Shown here: in pieces, positions 30,941 through 42,500 of the stretch | How the letters are laid out: each line of letters begins with the position of its first letter | Position numbering within the stretch: the first letter of the stretch is position 1 | From: Giardia intestinalis | Taxonomy: Eukaryota | Reading direction: 5' to 3' (one strand) | NCBI GenBank assembly: GCA_000002435.2 | Contig: CM018793.1 | Length of the DNA stretch: 64,000 nucleotides | The notes under the pieces: model-generated | What the model was told of the DNA's origin: nothing | Databases searched by the model: none | Seen by the model: the letters and a program-made list of their open reading frames with translations, nothing else | Made by a program: the position numbers and the translations under genes

Positions 30941-31525
30941 TTATGAACGTGCTTGTTTATATATGAACGTCAAAAGACTGCCTAGCGCACGGAGAAACTT
31001 AAACCCGATTTGAGAATTTAGCCAAGTTCTGCAGTTTGCGAACCTAGCACGAGCCTGCAGTTCATGGGTGTCTATCCCCACAACCCCAAGTATCCAAGGA
31101 AGACCTCCTGTTACTAGATTTAAGTAGGATGCCTGGTAGTCCTTCCCTTGCAGCGCACGTTCGAGACAAGCCCGGAGATCTTCAGCTGCGCACGACTGCA
31201 TTCGCCGGGCCTTCAGTAACTGAATAAGTGGCGCAATCCCTAATCGCACTTGTGATATCTCTTTGCCATCCCCACCGGCGATCTGTTCTCGAGCTCTCCA
31301 CTCCAAGAGAACTCGCTTAATCACAATCAGGGAATACAGCTGTGCATCGTAGGACACTTGCCCGTCTGACAAGTATCGGGAGTTGTATTTATGCAGCTTT
31401 GGGTTGGCGAGTAGCTCCCTCACTTGCGCTGCAAGGGGAGATGCACACAGTGGGCAAGCCTCAACCTGCCCTGAGAGTTTCACAAGCGCCCGGAGACGCG
31501 CAGACGAAGAGAAGGAGAGGGACAC
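30941..31525 (-). CDS. Hypothetical protein, 194 aa
   Basis: ORF only. Confidence 0.4.
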   Translation of the reverse strand: MSLSFSSSARLRALVKLSGQVEACPLCASPLAAQVRELLANPKLHKYNSRYLSDGQVSYDAQLYSLIVIKRVLLEWRAREQIAGGDGKEISQVRLGIAPLIQLLKARRMQSCAAEDLRACLERALQGKDYQASYLNLVTGGLPWILGVVGIDTHELQARARFANCRTWLNSQIGFKFLRALGSLLTFIYKQARS

Positions 31526-31548
31526 TTCTATTTACTACTTCTATTTAC

Positions 31549-32235
31549 TTAAACATAGATAAGGTCATCCAGGACCCGACCCTTTGCATACCCTGGCCGG
31601 CTAAGAATGTCACTGCCATCCTTGGTGGTGCACAGACCAACTGTGTTGTTTGCGGCAGCAACCGCTGAGGCGTAGGCGCCAAAGAGCGTCGCATGCGCCA
31701 CACCATCACCAACGCCACGCGGAAGCGGCCGACCATGGCTGACAGCAGGTGACCCTGAACTCAGCCCCATGGTGCTATCGCGGGACATAGACGAGCGCGC
31801 AAGTGCAGAGTCCTCCAGAAAGCCTGCGGAGCCAGAGAAGATGGGCGCCTTGCCGGCTGAGTAGCTGAGGTAGTCTATGCTCTCAAAGTTGTCATAAACC
31901 GGCCTAGAAACGTCGCGCGAAGACTCCATGCAAGAGCGGATGCTTCTCACTGCGCGATCGTCGTGGTCCGACGACGAAAGGAATCTGCTAGTGGTGGTTA
32001 GCGAGTCGCTCAAAGCGAAGGCATGGTTCAGATCCTGCGGGTGCTTGACGCGCGAGTGCCTGCTGGCGGTCTCTGCAGCAGCCTGAATCCCGTTGAGGCG
32101 GCGAGCAGTCTCGATGCGAACAGAATCGTTCAGGGGCTCCTCGTGGTGTCTGAACTCCCTGCGGACGTAGGAAATTCCGGATCTGTGCTCAGGTCTGGGA
32201 TCAGCGTAACAGTTAAAGGTTTGCTCGAAGTTCAT
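31549..32235 (-). CDS. Hypothetical Ser-rich protein, 228 aa (GC-rich coding)
   Basis: ORF with coding-like GC3 bias. Confidence 0.45.
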   Translation of the reverse strand: MNFEQTFNCYADPRPEHRSGISYVRREFRHHEEPLNDSVRIETARRLNGIQAAAETASRHSRVKHPQDLNHAFALSDSLTTTSRFLSSSDHDDRAVRSIRSCMESSRDVSRPVYDNFESIDYLSYSAGKAPIFSGSAGFLEDSALARSSMSRDSTMGLSSGSPAVSHGRPLPRGVGDGVAHATLFGAYASAVAAANNTVGLCTTKDGSDILSRPGYAKGRVLDDLIYV

Positions 32236-32388
32236 TATTTTTATTTTGGTGTGGCGCGTAAAGGAGGCTCCTGTTTTGCGCGCGTTTTCTTTTGCGCATA
32301 AAAGAACGAATGGCTTTGCTGTGGACTATGGAGAAAAGAACCATTTGCAGTGGCGGGTTCGTGACTGTAAAGGTCTTTGACCAAGCCA

Positions 32389-34422
32389 TTACAGGGTTTG
32401 ATGTCCGCCACCCATGATAGTTCTTATTGCATCTCCATCGTTCATCCTTATGTAGCTAGTACCTTTTGAAGACGCCTGTTTGGCAGGTTCTCGCCTTTTC
32501 CCTCTGCAAGCAAGGAAGTATATGCAAAGCCCGCCTACGGTAAGAACTAGAAGAATAGGCACGATTACAGCCAGTGCTATCACGCTAGAGCTGGGGACGC
32601 ACGTTATCCCATCAGAGCTCTTTTTAAATCCGTCCTTACAATTGCAGACATGCGTTCCAGTGTATGTTGATAGATCACAGACTCCACCCCCGCCGCAGAC
32701 TTTCTCCGATTTAGACGACGCACCAAAGCATGCACTAGGCCAACACAGTCCCGTTGATGAATCAAGTCTATATGTATTTGCGCAACTACATTGCCATTCA
32801 TCAGATCCTAAACTTGTCTCAAGACACTGCCCACCGATGCCACATGGGAGATTCCTTTCTCCACGCACCTCGATTGGACAACTAGGGTGCCAGCACTGAG
32901 CACCTAGTAAGAGGTAGCCGGCTTCGCATACGCACCCAAAAGAATCGGAGGATTCGTCGTATGAACATGTCCCCCGATTGCTGCACACAAGGCCGTTGTA
33001 GAAGCAGGACTCGTGTGCACAAACACTAGCTTTAGTGCCATTGGAGAAAACCTGCGTAGCTAGTTCAGTCATCGTATCACATTCAGTGCAGAACTCGCCA
33101 GTATATCCCTTGGGACACATGCAAACAGTACTCCCAGCAGACCTAGAATCTCGCCCTTTGCGGTGAGTTAACAAACTTATCGAGTCGTATTCAGCTTGTT
33201 TTAGCAGCCCCAATTGGAGGGCGTTGGAGGCGTCTATGCATACTCCACCATTTAAGCACTCGTTTCCTGGAGTAAGACAGTCACGTAGTGAGCACACATC
33301 ACCCATTCTTCCCGGTCTACAATTGCATTTGGCAGACTCTCCGTCTTCGACACAAGTGCCATAACCGCTGCATGCAACACCTGCGTTATCTATTCCGCAC
33401 GGATTCACGGCACAATCATTACCATAGAAAAACTTTGGGCATAGTTTGCAGACCATGTCACCAGTTGTTTCTATTACACAAACCCCTCCGTTGCATGCGT
33501 TGGGACTAATATCACAATTAAATGTCTCGCATGCAGATCCATAATGCCCCACCCTGCATTCGCACTGATAGATCGGCATTTCATTCTCCAACTTTGACCC
33601 AACAATACAGACTCCAGAGCCTGAACAGAGCCTTATATCACCGGTCTGGTAATCCTGCTCAACACCGCATGAGTTCAGGCCACAGTCCAGCCCGCTGAAT
33701 CCCTCAAGACACTTGCAGTGCGACGTGCTAGAAATATAGGGAGACGTAGTGAAAAAGCACGTTCCCCCATTTAAGCACGAGGAGTCATTGACACAGTTGA
33801 ATTCCTGGCAAAATACGCCAGTGAAGTGTGCTCTGCACTGACATTGGTACTCTCCTTCTTCGGTTTCCACGCATGTTCCTCCGGCGTTGCAAAGTATCCA
33901 CTTGGGATTATCATATTCATCTATGTAATTATAATCGGCTTGGGCGCCACAGTATACATTTTCGCACTTAGGTCCAGAGAAGCCAGTCAAGCATCGACAG
34001 CCACCCGTTGTACATATCCCGCGCTCGTTGCATACTGTTTCATGGCTTCCATTAAAAGTCCTGCAATTCTCGTGATCTTCCTGTCCAACGTGTACATCAC
34101 ATATGGCGCCACTAAAGGAACTAAGGCATGTGCAGCTGAATTCGCTACCAGTATCGGAGGCGCTCCGCCTGCAAAGACCATTGCTCGAGCAGTAAGTGTA
34201 TGGGATATTAGCCTCTGGATCGTCAAGGAGGGTTGGGTCAGTGCCTTCTTTGAGAGATACGCCACACCTGTTTATCTCACAGCTACTACCTTGTACCCCG
34301 AAGGGACACTCACACTTACCATTGTCATTGCAGCGCCCTATCGATGAGCAGTCCTTATAGGATGTGCATCCACTCGCTAAGACAACGGCGATGAGTACCC
34401 ATGCTGGCAGATTTGGCAGCAT
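32389..34422 (-). CDS. Cysteine-rich type-I membrane protein (VSP-like / high-cysteine membrane protein), 677 aa. Signal peptide, many CxxC/CxC EGF-like modules, one C-terminal TM helix, then CRGKR plus a 45-aa cytoplasmic tail
   Basis: N-terminal MLPNLPAWVLIAVVLASGCTS. About 80 Cys in repeated C..G.C.C..G..G..C motifs. C-terminus ...IALAVIVPILLVLTVGGLCIYFLACRGKRREPAKQ... Confidence 0.8.
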   Translation of the reverse strand: MLPNLPAWVLIAVVLASGCTSYKDCSSIGRCNDNGKCECPFGVQGSSCEINRCGVSLKEGTDPTLLDDPEANIPYTYCSSNGLCRRSASDTGSEFSCTCLSSFSGAICDVHVGQEDHENCRTFNGSHETVCNERGICTTGGCRCLTGFSGPKCENVYCGAQADYNYIDEYDNPKWILCNAGGTCVETEEGEYQCQCRAHFTGVFCQEFNCVNDSSCLNGGTCFFTTSPYISSTSHCKCLEGFSGLDCGLNSCGVEQDYQTGDIRLCSGSGVCIVGSKLENEMPIYQCECRVGHYGSACETFNCDISPNACNGGVCVIETTGDMVCKLCPKFFYGNDCAVNPCGIDNAGVACSGYGTCVEDGESAKCNCRPGRMGDVCSLRDCLTPGNECLNGGVCIDASNALQLGLLKQAEYDSISLLTHRKGRDSRSAGSTVCMCPKGYTGEFCTECDTMTELATQVFSNGTKASVCAHESCFYNGLVCSNRGTCSYDESSDSFGCVCEAGYLLLGAQCWHPSCPIEVRGERNLPCGIGGQCLETSLGSDEWQCSCANTYRLDSSTGLCWPSACFGASSKSEKVCGGGGVCDLSTYTGTHVCNCKDGFKKSSDGITCVPSSSVIALAVIVPILLVLTVGGLCIYFLACRGKRREPAKQASSKGTSYIRMNDGDAIRTIMGGGHQTL

Positions 34423-34516
34423 AGATCTTTTTATTTTCTATCTAAAAAGAGTATGCGAAACACAGGTTTGCACTTGTATTAGTGCATTCGCATTAGTATC
34501 ATATCATTGGTACCCC

Positions 34517-35428
34517 TTATTCTGCTTTAATCAGTTCTTTTAAGGTTAAGCCCTTGAGCAGTATCTTATCATATGCTTCGCCAGGATGGAAGAACCCCAT
34601 TTCCACAAGGTCGCTGATGTAGATTCCTATGAGAGATGATGAAAATTGATGGGGAGTGATGATAGTACGTATGGTTCGTAGGCCCTTGTACTTGAACACA
34701 GGACTAAACGCAGGATCTGTGAGCATCCAAAGGCATCTACTAAGCCTAGTGAGAGGAGCAATTATCTTTTCTGTTATGTCAGCGTTGCTAATTCCTGCGC
34801 CTACTTGTTGGACCTTATTAAGGTGTGAAGGCTTAACAGCCATTAGAGCCAGGTTAAATAACACTGATAAAAGACAGTCGGAGTGAATCTCATTATTTAA
34901 AGGGTCAGCTCTGTAGCGGTCCCCGAGAGTTAGCACATTTTCTGTTAGACACTTTGTGAGAGGAAATGCTTCAAGAGGGAAGTCCAGAGCACCGTTTGAA
35001 ATTAGAATGACGTCAAGCACTGCAGATATCTTTGGTATAAACATGAAAAGAAAAGATTGGAGGTCTTTTGAAAAGCGGTTAATTACTAAGCTTCCGGCGG
35101 CTTTATGGGCGGCCAAAATATCTGATAAGATAAGGTCGTATGAGCTGTCGTCAATGGTTACGTGAAACATTAGGTCATCAGTAACACTGATTAATATTGA
35201 ATTGGGAAACAAAAACTGTTCTACAGCTCTAAGAATGTGGACAACGAAGCTTGTGATGCTATCTTGGTTGTCTAGCATCGTTTCTCCTGGGGCAGAAAAC
35301 TTCAAAATGGAGTATAGACGGCATGAAACAGGGTGTCTGTTGTAAGATAAACCGGGAACAGCTGCATATGCCAAGAGCCCATTTCTCCTCCAATCTAAAG
35401 CTTCCTTTGAACAAGTAAGCACCTCCAT
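34517..35428 (-). CDS. Hypothetical protein, 303 aa
   Basis: ORF only. Confidence 0.5.
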   Translation of the reverse strand: MEVLTCSKEALDWRRNGLLAYAAVPGLSYNRHPVSCRLYSILKFSAPGETMLDNQDSITSFVVHILRAVEQFLFPNSILISVTDDLMFHVTIDDSSYDLILSDILAAHKAAGSLVINRFSKDLQSFLFMFIPKISAVLDVILISNGALDFPLEAFPLTKCLTENVLTLGDRYRADPLNNEIHSDCLLSVLFNLALMAVKPSHLNKVQQVGAGISNADITEKIIAPLTRLSRCLWMLTDPAFSPVFKYKGLRTIRTIITPHQFSSSLIGIYISDLVEMGFFHPGEAYDKILLKGLTLKELIKAE

Positions 35429-35543
35429 CTCTTTTTATTTTTGTGAAGTCGGCTAACTATCTCTCCCTGCACTTCTACGAGTGCAGGTCTATGCCCTGAA
35501 AAAACAAAATCTCGAAATAGACAAAATCTGGAATTGAGACTTT

Positions 35544-37109
35544 ATGGATTGCAAGACAGTGAACCTTTACACCACTAGCATGTCGGCAAACGAGCTTGCT
35601 GCGTGTCTTCGTGTAAAGGAGGTCAGCAGCTCCCACTCATCGCCTTATATAGGCAGGTATGTATCGTTACTTTCAGAGCCTAACCTTTCCCACAGAACGC
35701 GCCAGGATAATCCTTTTTTGACCCCCGTGCAACAAGTAGCTAAACAGATTGTGGAGCTACGGCCAGCTCCTGTCTCTGCTGTTGCGACTCTGTCGAATTC
35801 TGCGTTGTCTCGTCAGTCCGGTTATTCTTCTAATAAGCACTCGATGAATACTGTACTTTCTGCACGGAAAGAAACAGGTAAGCTAGCTGAGGGCTGTTCG
35901 CTAACGACCACTGGGCCATCATCTCGGGCAATTTCTAGTTACAAACCAGCAATCCGAAACCTATGTCCCCAACCAGAGTCACATCCTCGGGATTATAGTA
36001 CGCTTAAGATAGTCAGCAGACTGCCAAGTGCCTCAGACCATGTTCTTCGACCAACCACAACGGCTACTGCGCCTTATCTACTTGCTCCCGGAGGACAGTA
36101 TATTTCACAGTTAGTTATTTCTAGAAGTTCGTCGCAGCTCAACCGGCCATCAACAGGCTCTGGTTCTAGAGTACCTTCAATTCGTCCTGCCTCTTTCTCT
36201 ATGTCAACCAGTAATAGCACGACATCGTGCGTCTCACAAACTTCCCAGGCTACACATAGTTCACTAGTACCACTTAATACGCTTGAGAACGACGAGCTAG
36301 ATGCCCGTGAACGAGAATTAGAATTAGAGCTACAACGAATCCAAGTGGAGCGCCAAGCTCGAGCGGTAATTAAAGCATCAGCACAGCTACAGAAAGAACC
36401 ACCTGATCAGACAAATAACCCCCTTATAGATTTACCCGTTCGACTATCCGTGCCAGCAGAAGCTGCGAAGAGTAGTGCATCTACACGAACCATAGTAGAA
36501 TCAGCAAATATACACACAAACGATCCATTAGTAAGCTCCTTGACTGCGTTGTCAAGGTCTTCGTCTAGAAATGTGTTCTTGGAGTCATATGTAGCAGAGG
36601 AAACTGTACGCAGGTGTCTCCAGAGATCCAATATGACTGGGTCACAACCATTAGCCAGCCACAGTGGTGAAGACGTATGTTCCTCTCAAGCCAGCATCCT
36701 CACTGCTGTTCATTTAGAGCAAACAAACACAGAAGATCGAAGCAGCCCACAGGTGGCAGCATGCGCCCTAAAGAGATTGATTTCGGAGCTTCTGGAGCAC
36801 CCCCGGGCAATGTCCCCAACTGCGGACCGTTCAGGGACATTCACGAAGCAAAGTGTGGAATCTCAGTCAGAATCTAGCAGTCCATATCTAAATACGTATT
36901 CAGCGCGAGACTATGTGACACACGAAGACGTCCTCTCTGTTTTTGACGAAGACAACTCTTTGAATTTTAATCGGTTTAAGTACCTAGCAAAGAAATTCTA
37001 TGGACGTATAAGCAAAGCAAAACTCTGGTCCGTTGCAAAGGAGATAGACTTGATGGATAGCATAGACGAGAAGGTAGACTATTTGTATTCGTTCTTATTC
37101 AACAGGTGA
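35544..37109 (+). CDS. Hypothetical Ser/Thr-rich protein, 521 aa
   Basis: Long ORF. Its 3' end overlaps the convergent gene 37099..37887 by 11 bp. Confidence 0.5.
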   Translation: MDCKTVNLYTTSMSANELAACLRVKEVSSSHSSPYIGRYVSLLSEPNLSHRTRQDNPFLTPVQQVAKQIVELRPAPVSAVATLSNSALSRQSGYSSNKHSMNTVLSARKETGKLAEGCSLTTTGPSSRAISSYKPAIRNLCPQPESHPRDYSTLKIVSRLPSASDHVLRPTTTATAPYLLAPGGQYISQLVISRSSSQLNRPSTGSGSRVPSIRPASFSMSTSNSTTSCVSQTSQATHSSLVPLNTLENDELDARERELELELQRIQVERQARAVIKASAQLQKEPPDQTNNPLIDLPVRLSVPAEAAKSSASTRTIVESANIHTNDPLVSSLTALSRSSSRNVFLESYVAEETVRRCLQRSNMTGSQPLASHSGEDVCSSQASILTAVHLEQTNTEDRSSPQVAACALKRLISELLEHPRAMSPTADRSGTFTKQSVESQSESSSPYLNTYSARDYVTHEDVLSVFDEDNSLNFNRFKYLAKKFYGRISKAKLWSVAKEIDLMDSIDEKVDYLYSFLFNR

Positions 37110-37887
37110 ACATAAACTGTCCGCCCTCTTTCGCACGTCTATTGAAGGTGTCTAAGAGGGTGAGAATCTTCATCTGCTCTAGCTCTATGTCGAGAAGAAT
37201 GTGTTCTATTGATACGGGCTCGTCCGTCGCAGTGCCATCTCCAAAGACGAACGGGGCTCGTTCTCGTTTGCGCCCAGCCTTGAAGACGAACGGCGTGCTG
37301 GCCAAAAGGTTCGTAATGTCATATAAACGTCTTGTCTCTACTCCAGTCAGCTTATGCAGTTCATAAAAGGTTGCTTTTCCGCACCGCTGGAGCGCCTCAA
37401 CAACCTTTCTGGTCATAGCATCGAGCCCCTCATGCGCTCCCTGGCGTTGGGGACGTGTGCTCGATATACATGGGTATGCTCTTTTTGCAAGTGGCTCCAA
37501 CGATGATATTCCCTCAAAGACTTGGTGAGTAGCGCCCTCCCTGTTTGTGTTTGTTGTAGTTAGTGCACGTTTTGAACCAATCATACTAGCCATATCAGAT
37601 GCCTTTTGCTGGAGATTGGTGTCCAGATAGGCTGGCGTCGCGGGTCCCGGATGTGGATATATGTCTGTTATCATTTCCTCATGCCAGTGCATCGGGAACT
37701 GCACCGAATGAGAGAAGGAGGGAGGTCTGAATTCGTTTGTACAGCCAAGTAAATTAGCTGGGAAGTGAGATTCACAGACTGCCGAAAACGCATACAGGTC
37801 ATCACCGCCAACGGTGTGCTCAGATACATCTTGAATATAAGCCGGGGAGTCGCGGCCTGCAGATGGGCCGGGAGACTTGGTGGTCAT
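37099..37887 (-). CDS. E2F/DP-family winged-helix DNA-binding protein (candidate cell-cycle transcription factor), 262 aa
   Basis: C-terminal GLDAMTRKVVEALQRCGKATFYELHKLTGVETRRLYDITNLLASTPFVFKAG matches the E2F/DP DNA-binding core (RRIYDITNVLEGIGLIEK). Confidence 0.6.
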   Translation of the reverse strand: MTTKSPGPSAGRDSPAYIQDVSEHTVGGDDLYAFSAVCESHFPANLLGCTNEFRPPSFSHSVQFPMHWHEEMITDIYPHPGPATPAYLDTNLQQKASDMASMIGSKRALTTTNTNREGATHQVFEGISSLEPLAKRAYPCISSTRPQRQGAHEGLDAMTRKVVEALQRCGKATFYELHKLTGVETRRLYDITNLLASTPFVFKAGRKRERAPFVFGDGTATDEPVSIEHILLDIELEQMKILTLLDTFNRRAKEGGQFMFTC

Positions 37888-38769
37888 TTGGTTTAATATA
37901 AAATGTCTCGAGAGGTGCCAAAGCTATGATAGTAACCCATTGCATATTAATGCGACACTTATGAAGATTTCAGTGGATACCTTTCTTTTAAAAATGGAAA
38001 CCCAAAAGAATTAAAACCATTTTCTCTAATCCCGTGGATCAGTTGACCTGAAGGTGTGGGCGCCGGAATAGCTGTGGAATCTCCCTTATTATGGCCTTTC
38101 TGTGCTATAGTATCAGTGTTGGTCTTCTACCGCAGCTTTTTGTGTCTTTGCAAAGACTTACGAAGTCTACACAACTCAAGTAATCTATTGTATTAATCTA
38201 CCAAGTAGTCAACTAATGAAATTATTCTATCGCCACTGAGAAGCTATACAATTGTGGGCAGATGTGTGTTCTGTTTCTCTTCTTTTTATCTACGTTCTGA
38301 TTGAACCTGCTCTTTTGTTATCGAACTACTACACCTTAATGCAAGAACATTTTTTAATATCTGGTCTTTTGTGGCCATTAGTCGACGGGTATTTGGTCCT
38401 TATTAGTAGTTGCAGGAGACTATTGCCTCAGATTATGTTTATAGGGTGGATATAGATTGAAGTGAAAAAACCACTTTCAGAAGCAGAAGCCTGCAAGATA
38501 AAGAACTTCACTATCTTTGCAATTAGTCTAACGGACGGAAAAGATTTGAACAGTTGTTAAGAGCTTTTACATAACCCTCGTCACTGCTTAAGGCTTAACT
38601 ATCAAGAAATTATGGTTTCTTCTCCATCCTGTTGCACCAGGGCATAACGACGCAGTAGTTTTGGAAACGGCTGCATATAGTTCCGCTTAAGTGACGCGAT
38701 AGGCGCCTGCCAACGTTTGATCATTGTCTAAGTTCAGCTTCGTTTCCACATCGGCAAAGACTCCAGCAA

Positions 38770-39582
38770 ATGGAAAAGAAAATGGACAGCACTGCAGATA
38801 ATCTGATCATACGCCCAGACCACTTATCATCCACGCTGAGTATTTACGGTCCCTTGAGCCCGAGATACCCTTCCTCGCCATCACAGTATCTTCAGAAACA
38901 GATCCCCAGAGTGTCCTGTGCTGCTGATACTGCGTGTGCGTCGGTACTGCTGAAGCTTAAGTCCTCTCGGGTCATTAAGTTGTGGAGCCCTCAGGAGGAG
39001 GCCATGCTCATTTCCTTTTACGGTTATTTTCAGAGTAGCTGGAGTCTTTATCGTCCATACTTTGACCGTACAGTGTCGTCCATAAAGATGAAGTATCATA
39101 GCATCTCTAGAAACCGACGTAGTTTGGTCAGGAACGCTGCTACAACTTTCAAACCAGACGAGGATCGGGTGCAGTGCAGTGGACCATCCATACTTATGAC
39201 AAACAGACTCGAGGCAATGAGGTACATTGAGCGTCTAGAAACCGTGGCTGCAGGTAATCCTGCGCTAGCTCTTCAATTGATGCGCATCTGTGGAACCTCC
39301 GCAGAATTAGACCAATTTACACAACAATTTGCATGTGATCTGCAAAGAGCAGATATGCACGAGGTCCTCAGCTCAATACCGCCTCTTCAGTCCGGTGGCG
39401 CACCAGCTGGCTTCGGTGCTGGTATCGCATATCGACAGGGGGCCCAGACTGACTTTACTTCTTATTCTGTCAATCAGTGCAGCACGTCACCAACAAACTA
39501 CCCTGTAATAAGGGATCCTAGTGTATCTTTGTTCACAGCTGACTTTCTCTCGATGGATTCTGCCTATAATCCTGACCTGTGA
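38770..39582 (+). CDS. Hypothetical protein with one possible Myb/SANT-like repeat, 270 aa
   Basis: WSPQEEAMLISFYGYFQSSWSLYRPYFDRTVSSIKMKYHSI resembles W-x-EE-L...G..W..I...R. Weak. Confidence 0.4.
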   Translation: MEKKMDSTADNLIIRPDHLSSTLSIYGPLSPRYPSSPSQYLQKQIPRVSCAADTACASVLLKLKSSRVIKLWSPQEEAMLISFYGYFQSSWSLYRPYFDRTVSSIKMKYHSISRNRRSLVRNAATTFKPDEDRVQCSGPSILMTNRLEAMRYIERLETVAAGNPALALQLMRICGTSAELDQFTQQFACDLQRADMHEVLSSIPPLQSGGAPAGFGAGIAYRQGAQTDFTSYSVNQCSTSPTNYPVIRDPSVSLFTADFLSMDSAYNPDL

Positions 39583-39587
39583 CATTT

Positions 39588-42500
39588 CTATACATTCATG
39601 CTTATCGCTGGGGCATCCATGGTGACCACGGTCTTATCTACGCCCTTCAATACCTCACCATTGATGATTATTTTGTTATTAGCGTTGTACTTCTGAATGG
39701 GTAAAAAGGGGGCTTCAAAGAGCATTGACAGACATGCGAGTAACGTGAAGAATACCATGCATTTTTCCGTAGCGAAGAATACTACGACACATATGAGAAT
39801 TATAATCACAGTAAGAAGCCGCTTTGTGAGTACATTTTGGAGATATGCGAACAGTCTGTATGGTCTGCCCGTCAACAGAGTAAACGGTATTAGTGATAGA
39901 GTACTACAACAGAGGAGTGCGGCTGCATCGTACAGGATGTATCCTAGATAACCTGTCGCATTGACACTCGCTCCACTGAGATGAAACGGTGCTCTGATAA
40001 TACTATACATGCACCGCAGTATTATGCTACCATACAACGCCACACAGACATTCGTTACTAGTTGCAATCTAGCCACATCACTAAGAGAAGACCCGCTTCC
40101 CCCCGTACCGAAGTACCCACCAATGGCACGCACACTAACAGGCGTACCACTGCTTGATCTAGAAGATCCTGGTGAAAGCTCAACTGCAGGAAGCAGAAGA
40201 GAGGTGAGGGACAAAAGAACGACAACAACCGGCGCATAGCTCCACATGGAAAGAAGCACACACGAAGTAGCGATAAATAGTCCCACATTGAGCCTCAGAT
40301 ATCGAAGTCCATTGGAAAGGCCGCCAATCCAATAGCATAGATATGTATCCCTCAGTTGAATGCTTCCATTAGGCTCCACAACAAACAAATCCCTAACAGT
40401 CCAGAGGCTATCTAACAAATCTGCAGAGGCCTTGACCTTTATCGTGGGATCCTTGTGTCCCTGTTCTACAAGCGGATAGAGAGCCATTCGTATGTAAAGC
40501 TCACGGTTAAACCACAATCTGGAAAGAAAGGCAAGCGCATTTGTGCTCCAAAGACCAAGTAAGTAGTCCTGAGGAACATAGAGTAACGATACTGCATTAA
40601 GCAGCTCTGGAACAAAACATAATGCTACGAACGCCAATCCAGCTACGGATGCAGGGAGGGTCATGATGCCCACCAGGCCTATGGTATAGACAATGGTTAT
40701 TGGATAACGAGATGACAACCCTATTAACATTAGCAGGAGTAGCACGCTTGATACAATAAAGAGCGTGGTTGAATTCAACAGCGTTACGAGCACAGGGGAG
40801 ATAGCAATACAGACCACAATTCCTAAGGAAATAGCCAACATTTCAGGGGTCAATACAGCTTCAGCTCCATAGAAGTGCAGCAGCGAGGGAGCAGTCAAGA
40901 ACATTCCAGCCAACGACCCTGTGATCAAGGCTATTAGACTAACTTGAAGATTTGGTAGGCTGAACAAACGCCTAAGGATGGTAGAATGAGAAAAAGTATC
41001 TTCCTTGGTATCCTTCTCTTTGCTGGAGGAATTGGTGGCCGCAAAAACACCAGATACACGCATTAGGCCATATAGCAATGAAGTCCAGATACACAGGCCA
41101 ACTAACGTCGTCAGTACGAAACGCAGCACTATCATTGTCTTCGGGTATGCAGTATACTGCTCGATGTGTGCACTGTGGAACCCACGATAGACAGTTAAAA
41201 GGAGCAGGCTTGGGTCACCCTGAGGGACATATCCTACCAGCATGAGAAAACCTGTGCAAAGTAAGGGAGTTATGTTGCAGAAAATTACTAGCAACAAACT
41301 TGCAAAAAGCGCAATCAAACCAAAGGATATCCTTGCAGCTTTCTTACGTCTTTGAGACGCGGCGGATAATGCAGCAAGTCCACTCTCAGAAAACGGAATA
41401 AAGAGCGAAATAAACAAGAGGACGTAGCACACTAAGCTAATTAACAAATAGCTACCACGTATTTTATATCCAATATGGCGTAGCTTCCCTACGTTGACAA
41501 GCGTTACCAGAATCATGAAGATGGCCCGTACAAATATAACAAAGAATAGCTTCAGTGCAAGCTCCTTTCCGGTATACTTGGAGAGAAACGAGAGACAGTA
41601 GTATCCGCCAGTAGCTATCAAGAGGAGGCCGCTCAGAAGCGCAGCCGTTCTGGACTGCGAATAAAGGGTAATGAAGAACACACAAAAACAATGCATAAGC
41701 GCGTGGTGCCTGAGTGTGGATTTTGCCTTTTGATATTGCTGCATTATGGATGTACTTTCGGGTCTCGTATCGCCCCTGCCATCACTAGTATTACCACTAT
41801 TGAGCTGAGACACTTTCTCTTGCAGGGCGTAGGCAGTGAGCACGCTATCAGACCATCCGGGGAGAGCTGCGGATGATAAGAATGCGTTGCATATCAAGTG
41901 GATAATAAAGTATGCCATATAATGGCGCCCAGGGCTGATGTTTATGGTCAGTGTGATGTACTCAGCCGCGAGAAATGCATAGGGTGCATAAGGTTTCCCT
42001 TCAGTCATGGCGGAGATTGCTTGCAAAGAGCATAGAATGGCTCCTCCCACTGCCGTAAAGGGATTGAATAGAGGGCTAAGCAATAAGAGAAGATAGAAGA
42101 CAGTGCTATTTGCGACCATTATGCACCTTGAGGAGAGGTATGAATAGATGGCAGTGCACGGAGCCAAGAAGAGAACAACCTCATAAGGCAATAGAGTTAA
42201 AGTGATGCAGAGATTGCAGCAAAATATGCAAGGAGCCCAGATAAGATCACCGAAGACGGGTTTGTGCAGCAAAAGAGAAACACCTATCTTTAGTTTTTCA
42301 AAACGCCTCTTGCTCGTGGCCGCTATAGTCTTCTCCTTACCATCTGGACTGAGTTCAGATTTGTATAAAACTTGCTGCTCTTTGGCTCGATCAGAAAATT
42401 TAACATAACCTTGCTTAAATATTCTTGGGGAGAGCTCCCGAAGATACAGGCCTTTCTTCATAAAGTAGAGGATAAGGGCGGAAAGGGAGAGTGTCAAGGT

